A stretch of 64,000 nucleotides of DNA from Octopus sinensis (taxonomy: Eukaryota): positions 38,812,001 through 38,876,000 of the forward strand of contig NC_043009.1 in assembly GCF_006345805.1 (NCBI RefSeq). The letters are read 5' to 3'. Below the pieces are notes generated by a model. The model did not search any database. It was given only the letters and a program-made list of their open reading frames with translations, and had not been told where the DNA came from. The position numbers were made by a program, and so were the translations under genes. This document shows positions 24,235 through 35,560 of the stretch, in pieces (positions within the stretch are counted from its first letter, which is position 1; every line of letters starts with the position of its first letter).

Positions 24235-25447
24235 ATTAGGTTGTTTTACATGAAATGTCGTATTCGAAAGGTAACAATAAAATGTTTCAGAGGTGTTAGA
24301 GAACTGATTTATTTAATCAGAGTATGATCCATGTTCATTGATGACGTTTACCCAACGTTTCTCTATGTCATATATTTCATCTGCAGCAAAACAATTCATC
24401 TTTTGCTGTGATAAACTTTCCGAATGCTTCAATTACCTCTTCTCTATTTAAGAATGTTTTATTGCTTATGAAAAGCTCAAAATGCTTAAATAAGTAATGA
24501 TCAGAAGGAGAGATATCAGGGGAATAGGGAGAATGTTGAAAAATCTCATAATTCAGGTTTGCAACTTTTGGATAGTAGCTTGCGGAGTGTCTGGGCGTGC
24601 ATTGTCGTGGAGAAAAATTGGGTCATCTCTATTCACTAGTCTGAGTTGCTTCTTTTTCAAATTCTGATGCATACAATTCATTTCCTGGTTATACGATGTT
24701 GCTGTTACCGTTTTTCCTTGTTGCAAAAATGAAAAATGAATAACTCCCTTCGCAAACCACCATATAGTGACCACTAACTTTTTAGGGTGCAATGGTGGGT
24801 TTGGGTAGTATTTAGGTGGCTCTCCTGCATCTAGTCACTGTCCTGTTCTCCTGCTGTTGTCAAAGAGTATCCATTTCTCATCACAAGTAATGATTTGATG
24901 CAAAAATGGCCTTTTTCCAGTCGGGAAAGCAATAAGGAGCACACTCCGAGGCATCCGTTTTTTTAATCTCGTTCGGTCGATGTGGAAGAAACCTATCCGT
25001 TTTCTTAACTTTTCCAATTTTTTACAGGTGTCCAAAACCAGTTGTGCGAGATGTTTGGAGTTCTGATGAAAGTTTTCGAACCTTTGTTCTCGGATTTTGT
25101 TCAACCAAAGCATTTAATCCATCATGCCGATTAAATGATTTTGGCCAACTCCTTGGTTTATTGTCAAGGCTATCATCTCCTGAACGAGTGCTTTGAAACC
25201 TTCTCTGAACAGTTCTTTTGTCAACAAAGCCATTACCAAAGGCCCGCTTGATATTCTGTAGAGTTTCTGGGACAGTGTGACCCAGTTTGTAAAATCACTC
25301 GACATAATTTGGTTATTATCATTTTCATAAGGTCTGTGGGTACGAAATTTGTATACCAATATTGTTGGGAAAGATAAAGAGTCAAGATTAAATGCAAGGT
25401 GACTGAAGTAATTAAAAATACGACATTTCATGCGGAACAACCTAATA
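24235..25447 (-). mobile_element. Mariner transposon (Hsmar1/cecropia-like), near full length, pseudogenised
   Basis: TIRs ATTAGGTTGTTTTACATGAAATGTCGTATT and reverse-complement ATTAGGTTGTTCCGCATGAAATGTCGTATT. Transposase pieces: PFLHQIITCDEKWILFDNSRR, HPKKLVVTIWW...IFLHDNARP, and an SPDISPSDH-like segment. Confidence 0.93.
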
Positions 25448-25497
25448 TATATGTACGTACGTACGTACGTATGTATGTATGTATGTATGTATGTATG

Positions 25498-25528
<31 letters not shown>

Positions 25529-25629
25529 GTATGTATGTATGTATGTATATAAGTATCTATTTAAAAGCCAAAACAGTGTAAGTTTTAAATATTAAATAGT
25601 ACAGGTCGATGGTTATACTGTTACCAGGT

Positions 25630-25669
25630 ATTTCAATATTTCAGGGTTACAGCCCTTTCTTCAGGAAAT
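25630..25669 (-). ncRNA. Minimal type I hammerhead ribozyme motif, mildly decayed
   Basis: Minus strand: helix I ATTTC/GAAAT; core CTGAAGA; helix II AGGG-CTGTAA-CCCT; GAAA; palindromic minimal helix III ATAT; AUU triplet. Confidence 0.62.
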
Positions 25670-25737
25670 TCACGGAGAAAAAGTATTGTTATCTATCAAC
25701 CAAGTAACAGTACAAACCGTCGACCTCTGTTATTTTT

Positions 25738-26052
25738 TTATGCGCCCTTTTCAAGTATTATGTATGTAGCCAGGCTCATGGGCCCGGTTTCCCGGTTTTT
25801 ATGGTGTATGTGTTCCCCGCCCCCAGCTGGACGGGACGCCAGTCCATCGCAGCGTTACTCAAGAAACAGGAAAAGAGAGTGAGAGAAAGTTGGGGCGAAA
25901 GAGTACAACAGGGATTGCCACCACCCCCTGCCGGAGCCTCGTGGGGCTTTAGGTGTTTTCGCTCAATAAACACTCACAACGCCCAGGAATCGAAACCGCG
26001 ATCCTCCGACCGCGAGGTCCGCTGCCCTAACCACTGCGCTATTGCGCCTCCA
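25738..26052 (-). mobile_element. SINE family B (body B1 + tail Y)
   Basis: Reverse complement: TGGAGGCGCAATAGCGCAGTGGTTAGGGCAGCGGAC...; tail GCGATGGACTGGCGTCCCGTCCAGCTGGGG...GGGCCCATGAGCCTGG. Near-identical to 55141-55448. Confidence 0.93.
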
Positions 26053-26459
26053 CGGCCTCTGTTATTAATAAAAAAATTATGCATTTATATATATCAAAGT
26101 TACATATATGTATGTATACGTATTTGCAACTTTGTTTTTTGCTATCGCACAATTGTGTAAATTTTTGTGAATGAAATTTTGAATGTATGTTCTCTGTTGC
26201 AACTTGGTATCCAAAACAGAAGTATGTTTCTTTTCATTCCACTTTGAATTTGTCTAGCAAGAGACTTCATCTTAGACAATGTGTTGAAATTTAAAGATTT
26301 ACTTCATACAAAACTCGATTTAGCTACTTCAGAAAAACACAAAATCTTGTTAGATTCACTTGAAGTTTTAATGCTAGTAGCATTAAAATTTGGTGCATCG
26401 CCTCGAAAAATTTCAGTTGAAAGAATCGGCTTGAATACTTAATTTTCAAGCCTGATTCC

Positions 26460-26672
26460 TATTCTATCGACCGATTTTGGCGAACCGCTAGGTATATATA
26501 TATACGACGGTATACTTTCAGTTTCTGTCTACCACATCCACTGAAGAATATTTGGTTGGTCTGATGCTATGGGTTAGTGTCTTCTAAGACACTAACCCAA
26601 GGAAACATGCAGTAGGACTGAACCCGGATCCATGTGTTTGCAAAGCAAACTTCTTACCACCAGCCACGCTCT
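26460..26672 (-). mobile_element. SINE family A, internally deleted and degenerate
   Basis: GGCGAACCGCTA...TATACGACGG...TTTCAGTTTCTGTCTACCA...GGACTGAACCCGGATCCATG...CTTACCACCAGCCAC. Confidence 0.8.
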
Positions 26673-27103
26673 TCACAATGTCAATATATTAACATAATAT
26701 TTGGTTCAGTACAGTTTTCTGGGTCGAGTAAGATTTTTCCCTGTAAAGCTTCCTTCTGTATTAAAAAGTAAACATACATAAAAGGAGAAAAATAATAAAA
26801 TGGAAAATAAGAATGGTAGAATGAACTAAAGAAATCCTAACCGAAAAGGCCTTACCTTTCAAAGTATGCGTCTAGATTTAGTTCCAGAGCAAGACCTTCG
26901 CAGTGATATTTACGAGAAGCAATGAACTTAACATGTTGTTTACCTTTTTAATCACAATTCGCTGGCTTCTGTCGACAGATGGTCCTTATGAAGTTTTAAA
27001 CTTTTGAAACAAGTCGTCGAATCACGAATAGACATCAATGCACTTCAGATACACAGATACACACTCACACACACGCACGCACACATACACACACACTCAC
27101 TCA

Positions 27104-27138
<35 letters not shown>

Positions 27139-27472
27139 GCACACACATATTCTCTCTCTCTCTCTCTTACTCACATAGGTATATAGATATAAATGTATGC
27201 GTACATATATATAAGAATCTGCACGCAAACATATATAAATGTATGTATGTATATATGCATGTATGTATGTATGTATGTGTCTATCTATCTATATATGTAG
27301 GTATGTTTATATATATGCGTGTATATATGAACCTAGATACCTTTATACATACATACATATATATATATATATACATACATATATAGACACACATATTTGC
27401 AAACAAGCATATAAACATATTAATGCATATATTTATGTATGCGTATATGTATTTGTATATTCACACACACAA

Positions 27473-27503
<31 letters not shown>

Positions 27504-28213
27504 TACACACTACATACACACAAAGTACATATGTGTGCAGTGTCTTTGTACGTTTGTAGACACCCGTGTCTAGAAAAATACTTGAACATATCTCAGTGTT
27601 TTTCTCTGCTATGTGCATGTTTATTTCTGCATCAATGTATGAAAATTTATAACTACTACAGTGCGACGATGTCAAGGCATTGATGTTATGAATTCATATA
27701 TCATACATAGCTGTTTCTATCTATATTAAAGGTCACCTGTTTATGTAAACATTCGTATAAATAATTATAGACTTGAAATAATTCCTAACTAGAGAACAGG
27801 AAATGCTTCATATCTATTTCCTTTCTTTCGTACAGAATAAATAGTTTTGGCTTTCCATACCTTTCCCATAAATGCATAATTTTATTCATGCTTATACTTA
27901 CCACCATGTCAATATCTTGGCGTAAAAACTTCACACGTGTTAAAATGAAATCCTGTTAAACACGCAAATTGTTATTAACATAATATTTACATATGCAGCA
28001 CATATTTATATTTTATGTAGCTTATTTTCAGTTTGATCGGATTTCTATGTTTACTGCCGCATGAAGCACAACCTTTAGAGAGAATGTATACTTTTACTAT
28101 TTTCGTTCTCAGTGTGATAGTAGAAATAACTGACACAGTAGGTGTCGGTTTTTTATAGGTTCAAATTGAAGTCAGGGCAATTTAGATTTTATTTATATAC
28201 CCAAAATCGAAGG

Positions 28214-28254
<41 letters not shown>

Positions 28255-28350
28255 ATGTATGTATGTATGTATGTATGTATGTATGTATGTATGTATGTAT
28301 ATATGTATGTATATATGTTATTTACTGTTTCGTACTTAGTCAATGTGTAA

Positions 28351-28658
28351 TGGAGGCACATGGCCTAGTGGTTAGAGCATCAGACTCGGGGTCGAGGGAT
28401 CGCGGGTTCGAATCTCAGACCGGGCGATGTGTGTGTTTATGAACGAAACACCTAAGCTCCACGCGGCTCCGGCAGAAGGTAATGGCGAACTTCTGCTGAC
28501 TCTTTCGCCACAACTTTCTCTCACCCTTTCCTCCTGCATCTTGCAGCTCACCTGTGACGGACCGGCGTCCCGTCCAGGTGGGGAACCTATACGACAAGGA
28601 AACCAGGAAACCGGTCCTTATGAGCCAGCCGTGGCTCGAGAAGGAACAAACAAACAAA
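28351..28658 (+). mobile_element. SINE family B (body B1 + tail Y variant, (AAAC)n end)
   Basis: TGGAGGCACATGGCCTAGTGGTTAGAGC head with B-box GGTTCGAATC; body CACCTAAGCTCCACGCGGCTCCGGCAG; tail ...GGCTCGAGAAGGAACAAACAAACAAAC. Confidence 0.92.
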
Positions 28659-29136
28659 CTTAATAATGTGTACGTAGTTGAAGTATCGACGTAAGTGCAT
28701 GTATAATTAAAGGCGTTTACTTTGCAAGCATGTAGACCCAAGTTCGGTCTCACAACATTGTCCACTGCAAAGATGTTGTCTCAACAGATCAGGAATTAAT
28801 AAGAATAGGACGCCGATATAAGAGTAAATAGAATTTGATCGCTAAGAACATGCTTCTTCTTGTTCTTAAACTGGTTGGCTATTTATTTCGCAAGATATAT
28901 TTATTATGCTGAGCGTAGTAACAGCTGTGGATCGTTGATATTTGCAATAAGTTTAGAACTGTTGGCCGTTATTATATACCGTTGAAATTTAATTCTATGG
29001 CGAAGAAACTAACAGGAGATGTCTTGGAGAAAGACTTTCATAACGTACTTTTGGCTTTCTTTACTTTTGGGTCTAACATAAAGGTACAGTCGCTTTGTAT
29101 GTATTCCATTTAGGAGTATTACATTTATAGAAAAAT

Positions 29137-29560
29137 AGGCGCAGGAGTGGCTGTGTGGTAAGTAACTTGTTTACCAACCACATGGTTCCGGGTTCAGTCC
29201 CACTGCGTGGCACCTTGGGCAAGTGTCTTCTACTATAGCCTCGGGCCGACCAAAGCCTTGTGAGTGGATTTGGTAGACGGAAACTGAAAGAAACCCGTCG
29301 TATATATGTATGTATATATATATATATATATGCGTGTGTGTGTTTGTGTGTCTGTGTTTGTCCCCCTAGCATTGCTTGACAACCGATGCTGGTTTGTTTA
29401 TGTCCCCGTTACTTAACGGTTCGGCAAAAAGAGACCGATAGAATAAGTACTGGGCTTACAAAAAGAATAAGTCCCGGGGTCGAGTTGCTCGATTAAAGGC
29501 GGTGCTCCGGCATGGCCGCAGTCAAATGACTGAAGCAAATAAAAGAGTAAAAGAGAGTAA
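29137..29560 (+). mobile_element. SINE family A, full-length, well preserved
   Basis: AGGCGCAGGAGTGGCTGTGTGGTAAG ... GGTTCAGTCCC (B-box-like) ... internal (TA)(TG) ... GGCGGTGCTCCGGCATGGCCGCAGTCAAATGACTGAAGCAAATAAAAGAGTAAAAGAG. Confidence 0.95.
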
Positions 29561-29974
29561 GCCATATCTATTAAAGCCATAGTAGTGTTGAACAATTATA
29601 ACTCAAATACTGTTAAATTTATATTTTGTTATGCAACAAAATATTGTTGCCATGTTTGATAAATTTTAAGATACTATTTCAAACATCATGAAAGGTCTGT
29701 TTGACTAGTTCGAAAACATAGCGATATGTCGGTTAATCAGACGTAGGCAGCGATGAAATTCGCTTAGCTACTAGGATTTGCATTCAATTGATGATATGAG
29801 TTCTTTCGGTTCAAAGATGGCTTAATACATTGCAAGGCACGTTTACGTAGATGCACCCTATTATATAAAGACTTGCTGAATCGTATACGGAGTAAGCAGT
29901 CGCAAACATCAAAGTTATGACCAGCAATTATTCTACATACAAAAGAACTGAATCAGAATCTGTTACACTGCTAG

Positions 29975-30139
29975 CAGGGCCATCTTAAAGCATGGACACA
30001 CTGGAAAGTTATCCTGGAGGCTCACAGGTCTAGAGACCCAGTTTTAATTTATATATGCTGTGGCCTGCCATCAAATAATACTATAAGGTCTTGTGCACTG
30101 ACTGGCCTGGGGATCTGTAACGATGCTAAGATGGCCCTA
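29975..30139. mobile_element. hAT-type MITE (165 bp)
   Basis: TIRs CAGGGCCATCTTAAAGCAT and reverse-complement TAGGGCCATCTTAGCAT. Flanking 8-mers ACTGCTAG/ACTAGTAG (6/8 identical) fit an 8-bp TSD. Confidence 0.72.
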
Positions 30140-31409
30140 ACTAGTAGTGCGATAAGAGAAGAAAGTGGACTATCTGGGTTTCCCGCAGGCGATATATCTT
30201 ATGATACTGAATTGAATATTTGAAGTAAAATGTCTCTAATATATGCTTTCTCTTTTGCTTTATATATGTTCTTTTATCAACGTTCTTTTGAAGAATAAAT
30301 GTTTGTTATTTTGTTTTATTCCGATATGTATATATATACATATATATACATATATACATATACATACATATATATATATGTATGTATATATATATATATT
30401 ATATATATATATATATACATAACTATATTTATATACATATATATATATGCATAAATATATTTATATACATATATATATACATACATATACATATATATAC
30501 ACACACACAGACAAATATATATAAATATATACATAAATATTTTTATATACTTATATATATATATACATACATACATAAATACATGCATACATATATATAT
30601 GTATGTATATGTATATATATATATAAACGTACGTATGTGTATATATTAAATTCCTTCGTTCACATATTTACTTGTTAATCTACATTCGTAAGTTGCTTTA
30701 AACTTGAAGTGATTGATGTAAAACCGTAAAAAAAAGTCACAACCAAAAATATATTTCCTATATCTTCGTTTTTTGGAACAGTTTCAATGCTCAAGTAAAA
30801 GTTCTGTTGTTTTTCCTTTGAATTAAAAAAAATATGATTATATGATTCGAAGGGGTTTTTGAATATTGTTTATTGACGGATATTTTTGACAGTGCATATG
30901 TAAGGAATTCGGGAGACAAACACTGTGTAAGAGGCCACCGCGTGCATATTTATACGCATATCTGTATCTGTGTGACTGAGTACGTGTCTATATTTAGGTT
31001 TTCACCGGCCTTAAAACTTATGGAATCTTTGTTGTCTGCCATTATGCTACAAAATTTAGGAGTTCGATAAAATTAGTGATAGAATAAAGGAGTCTGCATT
31101 GAGTCTACTGGGCCATGAGATCGAAGCTAATCCGGTTTTCTTTATACTTTAAGAGACTGAGAACACACTACTTCAAATGAACCAGACGCCAGACCGTCAT
31201 CAATTTATTTACACATGCCGCTGATACTCCTTTTCATGTGAGTGAATTAGAACAATGTGAAACGTGGCTTGCACATGAATATATTGCACCTACAGCCCTA
31301 AGAATATCACGCAAGACCCGATGGTCTAAAGCTCAGCACTCCAGCCTTCAAGGAACAGGTCTTCATTGTAAAAGAATCGCCAAATAACAAAGAATCTCAT
31401 ACACACACG

Positions 31410-31441
<32 letters not shown>

Positions 31442-31554
31442 CACCTACATAAATGCATATAGTATGAATAATAATTATCATTAGTTTTGTTGTTGTTGTG
31501 GTTGTCGTCGTCGTTGTTTTGTTGTTATTTTTCTTCTTCTTTTTCTTCTTCTTC

Positions 31555-33765
31555 TGTTTTACTTCTCTGAACAGTCAGTCTTGTTTGCTCTGGTAGATTC
31601 TGTGAGAACGGACAGCAGCCAGCCGTAGGAAGTCTCACAGGGTCTCTTTCAGTATTTGGTTGTTCATTATCGTGGGCGGCATCCAACATCCAAGTACGAA
31701 TCTCAAAATCATAGCTGTCCTTAGCAAAGCAGTTTTTGGGGGTTTGTTCTACTCTCATGTCAATTCTGATTTCTTTGGCCTATTTCTCTAATTGGTTCAG
31801 AGTGTCCCTACAACTACTGGAGTGACAGACACTCTCTTCATAGTCCGCATTCTTGCAATTTCGTCTTTTAGTAGTCTGTACTTTGCAATCTTTTCTAGTT
31901 TTTCGTCATTTATGCCTACATCGCCTAGTATTGCCGTATCTATGATATTGGATTCCTTCTTTCCTCTACTTACCTCAATATCTGGTCTCCGAGCCTCGAT
32001 TAGGGAGTCACAATGGATTGCAAAATCCCACAGTATCTTATGTTCCTTGTTCTCTGTGACTCCTTCTGGTTCATGTTCGTACCATTTCCGTGCTCTGTTC
32101 AAGCACATAGCCTCCAGTGGACGAACTTAACCACATTATTGTACCTCCAGTTGTAGTTTTTTTGGTCCAGCTTGCTACACTCACAATATGTGAGATTGTT
32201 TCGTTTCTGCTGCTACACACCCTACAGAGGTGCGATTTGCTATTCTTATCAATTTAGAACTTGGTCTAATTAGTTCTCAGAGCTTGTTCCTGGTCGCTGC
32301 ATATCAATTCCTTAGTGCATCCTTTCAAATCACTTTTAGTTAGCCATCTCCAAGTGTTGGTCTTGTCTTTTCCTTCGATTCTCCGAGGTTTTACCCATGC
32401 ATCGATTTAATTTTCCAGTTATTTACTCTTTCTTCTTCATTATGTTTCATAAATGTTTGTGGGTGCATCGCATTTTCGGTAGATAGTATATTGTTAATTC
32501 TAACCGCGGCAAGCTAGGATTCATTCTGCTGCTTAATGTACCAACCCTGACTGTTCTCGTTGATAATACAAATTTTGCATCCGATGAAACCTCCTCCACC
32601 CCTGATTCCTGTCTGTCAGAATTGCTTTTGGGGTGTAGCTCCTTGTTAATTGTCATCCCTTTTCCAGTTTTCCTGTCCATTTCCTCATGTTCGTTCTTCA
32701 TCCACCTAACAACATCAGCGCCGTGTCGCATTAAGGAAACATCCGATGCATTTATTGCTCTGATTTTGTTTTTTTTCCATTGAGTCTACTTCCCATAATT
32801 AATTGAGGTGGATTGACTCTACTTTGAAGGATTTTACGGGACACTTCCCATAATTAACTTGGTTCTTCTGAGATATTCTCGCCTAGAGCTTTCCTTCATT
32901 TCATTTTCCTTGATTTTGTCGTATTCTAAAATTCCCAAATATATTCATTAGTCTCAATATCCTTGATTTTCTCGTTATTGAGTAGCTCTACACCATCAGA
33001 CGACATTACTTTGCCTCTTTGTATTATAAGTATACCAAAGATTTTAGTCCCCAATTCCCTTCCGATATCCTTACTAAATATCTGCACTGTTGAAACTAGG
33101 CTACTCATTTCACGTTTGGGCTTTCTAAAGATTTTCAAGTCATCCATATATAACAAATGATTTAATTTTCCCCCACATTTCAAGGTGTACTCGAATGTCA
33201 CTTTCCGTAGTATCTGTGTGCGGGGTGTAATACAAATCACAAACAGCAATGATGATAGGCTATCTTCTTGAAAACTGTATTCCAGTTTTTCATTCATTTC
33301 CTAATAAAATTTGATGTTATCAGACACCTGTACCCGCTCAAGACTTTCCAAAATCCAGGAATGGGGAACCATGTCATACGCTTTCTTATAATTGATCCGC
33401 GTCCAGACTAGTAGGTATTTTTTCTTGCAGTCGTTCAATACTATCCAGTCTATCAGGAGTTGGTATCAGCTTTTCCTTCTGCACCCTTTCTGTTTCACTA
33501 GCAGTTTGTCATTCATTTCCAGGAAGTTATACAGATAATTAGATATTATTCCTGTCTTCAGCTTCCACATCAGGGACAGGCAGATGATAGGCCACTAATT
33601 ATCCACCGCATTGCATCTGCTGGGATCCTTTTGGCAAAGAATTGTTTTACCTGTGGTCAGCCACTTTGGGATTGGTACACCGTTGTTGATCATTTTATCT
33701 ATTTGCGTGGCTATCCTTCTGTGTAGTGCTGGGAAATTTTTCAGCTAATATCCTTGTAACTGTAA
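31555..33765 (-). mobile_element. R4/Dong-clade LINE, 5'-truncated and pseudogenised (RT + CCHC finger + restriction-like endonuclease)
   Basis: Minus-strand pieces: LQGY*LKNFPALHRRIATQ..PKWLTTGKT; WINYKKAYDMVPHSWILE; NHLLYMDDLKIF (YMDD at 33139-33150); CRVCSSRNETISHIVS; KWYEHEPE..ILWDF..RRPDI..IDTAI..EKIAKY..PVVVGTL. The 3' end runs into GAA/CAA/TAA repeats. Confidence 0.93.
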
Positions 33766-34358
33766 AACTCTACATGGAAACCTGCAGAATAAATCTGAAA
33801 GAGATAGAAATTAGATGCACGTTATAGAGCTCAGCGGAAAAGATCTTGCTATAAAGCCATCTCCGCCTTTGAGGTAGTCTGAAGAAAAAATATTCTAGCA
33901 TAGAGCAACCTACCCCTAGACGACCGTGAGTACCATTGCATCCCGGATAGGTCAGAATGCTCACATGAGATGACACAGCAGTGATGGCTGTCTTGCTGAA
34001 CACTCATTCGTCAAAACGACAAGAGAGTGCAAAGCAGTAAAATATATACATATATTTTTTATCGTATTTTACAAGAGGGATGTCAGTTGACTTCGAAACA
34101 TCAACACGCTAGTCACAGTCGAGCAGTCCGACGAAGCCTAGGAAGCCACTGACACACTTGTGCTTGTAAAAGTATCATAAATATGAACTGTTCATAAAGC
34201 ATTGAGTAATTCAGTTTAATGTTTGTTTTTATTATAACTAGAAAGAAAAACAAGTATGAGTATGTATTCACAGACACACATACACAAACGCACACACATA
34301 TGTATATGTGTTCGTGTGTATGCATGTGTGTATACATATGTATGTATGCATATACAGG

Positions 34359-34403
<45 letters not shown>

Positions 34404-35437
34404 CTGCGTCATAGTATGGCCGTAGTCCAATGATTGAAGCTAGTAAAGACTAAAAGAGTATTAGATATTTTAGTAGCAGCTTTCATTTCAATTCCTTACA
34501 TTGTCAGACAGTGAATTAATAGCCATAGAAAAGTCAGAGCAATGTTCAAAAGCGATGTAGAAATGGTCTGGAAATGGATAATTATATATGCATGTATTGG
34601 CTGACACGTATACTCTCAAGCGATCTTTACTTAAATATAAAATCAAACTTAGTAAAAGTTTATAGTTGTTATCGTCTGTAAACTTGAGACTTGGCAAAGC
34701 TGATATTGATGCCAACGATAGAGATAAGATTAAAAGAATTACGTTGTCTATTCTAGTACCTCGTATTTCTAACTTAAAATCCCACTGACTTCTAATTCGT
34801 CTTTTACTCCGCCCATTTGTATTGAGCACCATAAAGCAGAATTAATGGCGCCGGACAGAAGAATGGTGCCGACCAGCATACGGTGATGACTGGTAAACGA
34901 AGTAGTGTTATTTCAATTCGTAATTGCGTCCAGGACAATTCATTTAAGACGTTAACACCTTTTGGAAACTTAATTTCCTTAGCATCCTATTTGTCTTTCA
35001 ACGAAATTATATGTAGTTTTCAATCAACGATTTGCTAAAAATATGAAGCAAAGTCTGTTAAAGCTGACTCTATTGCTTTTAAATAGGAAGATTACATTGT
35101 CCAAAGTTGTGCCGGTAAGCAAAAACAAAAGCGAAAAGAAAGCGCGATGGGCATTGATAAAACGCATTTGGTAGTAAGTCTGTTCAACCAGTGTTCATAC
35201 GAGGCCAAACAATGACATTCTCCTCTTCCTCCTCGCTATCCTCCTCCTCCTCCTCCCCCTCCTCCTCCCCCTCCTCCTCCTCCTCCTCATCATCATCGAA
35301 ACACAGCAAATATACCAATAATTCATTACAACCAGCTCAATCTATTTTTTCATACTTAATTACGCTGTATCTAATTACACTTCCCAGCTCTACTGTTTGC
35401 TGCCGCATATATAACGGTGTCTGATTTTAGAATACGG

Positions 35438-35560
35438 CCAGCGGTTTTGAGAGGAGGAGAAATTATACCATTTGATCCCAGTGTTCGACTGGTACTTTAT
35501 TTAATCGACCTCGGTGAATTTTGAACTCAGAACGTAATGAGCTGGAACAAATACAACCAT
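35438..35560 (-). mobile_element. SINE family C fragment
   Basis: CCCAGTGTTCGACTGGTACTTTATTTAATCGACCTCGGTGAATTTTGAACTCAGAACGTA. Confidence 0.7.

Noticed and set aside
25060-25085. CTGATGA...GAAC
   Set aside because: Inside mariner coding sequence; no helices.
26985-27020. CTTATGA...GAAACAAGTC hammerhead-like motif
   Set aside because: Invariant G5 is mutated and there is no helix I pairing.
28902-28912. TATTATGCTGA, resembling the 5' part of miR-1993 as I recall it
   Set aside because: The 3' half does not match and there is no precursor hairpin.
35087-35114. 28-nt micro-exon candidate EDYIVQSCA with GTAAGC donor
   Set aside because: Isolated and not linkable to other exons; expected by chance in 64 kb.
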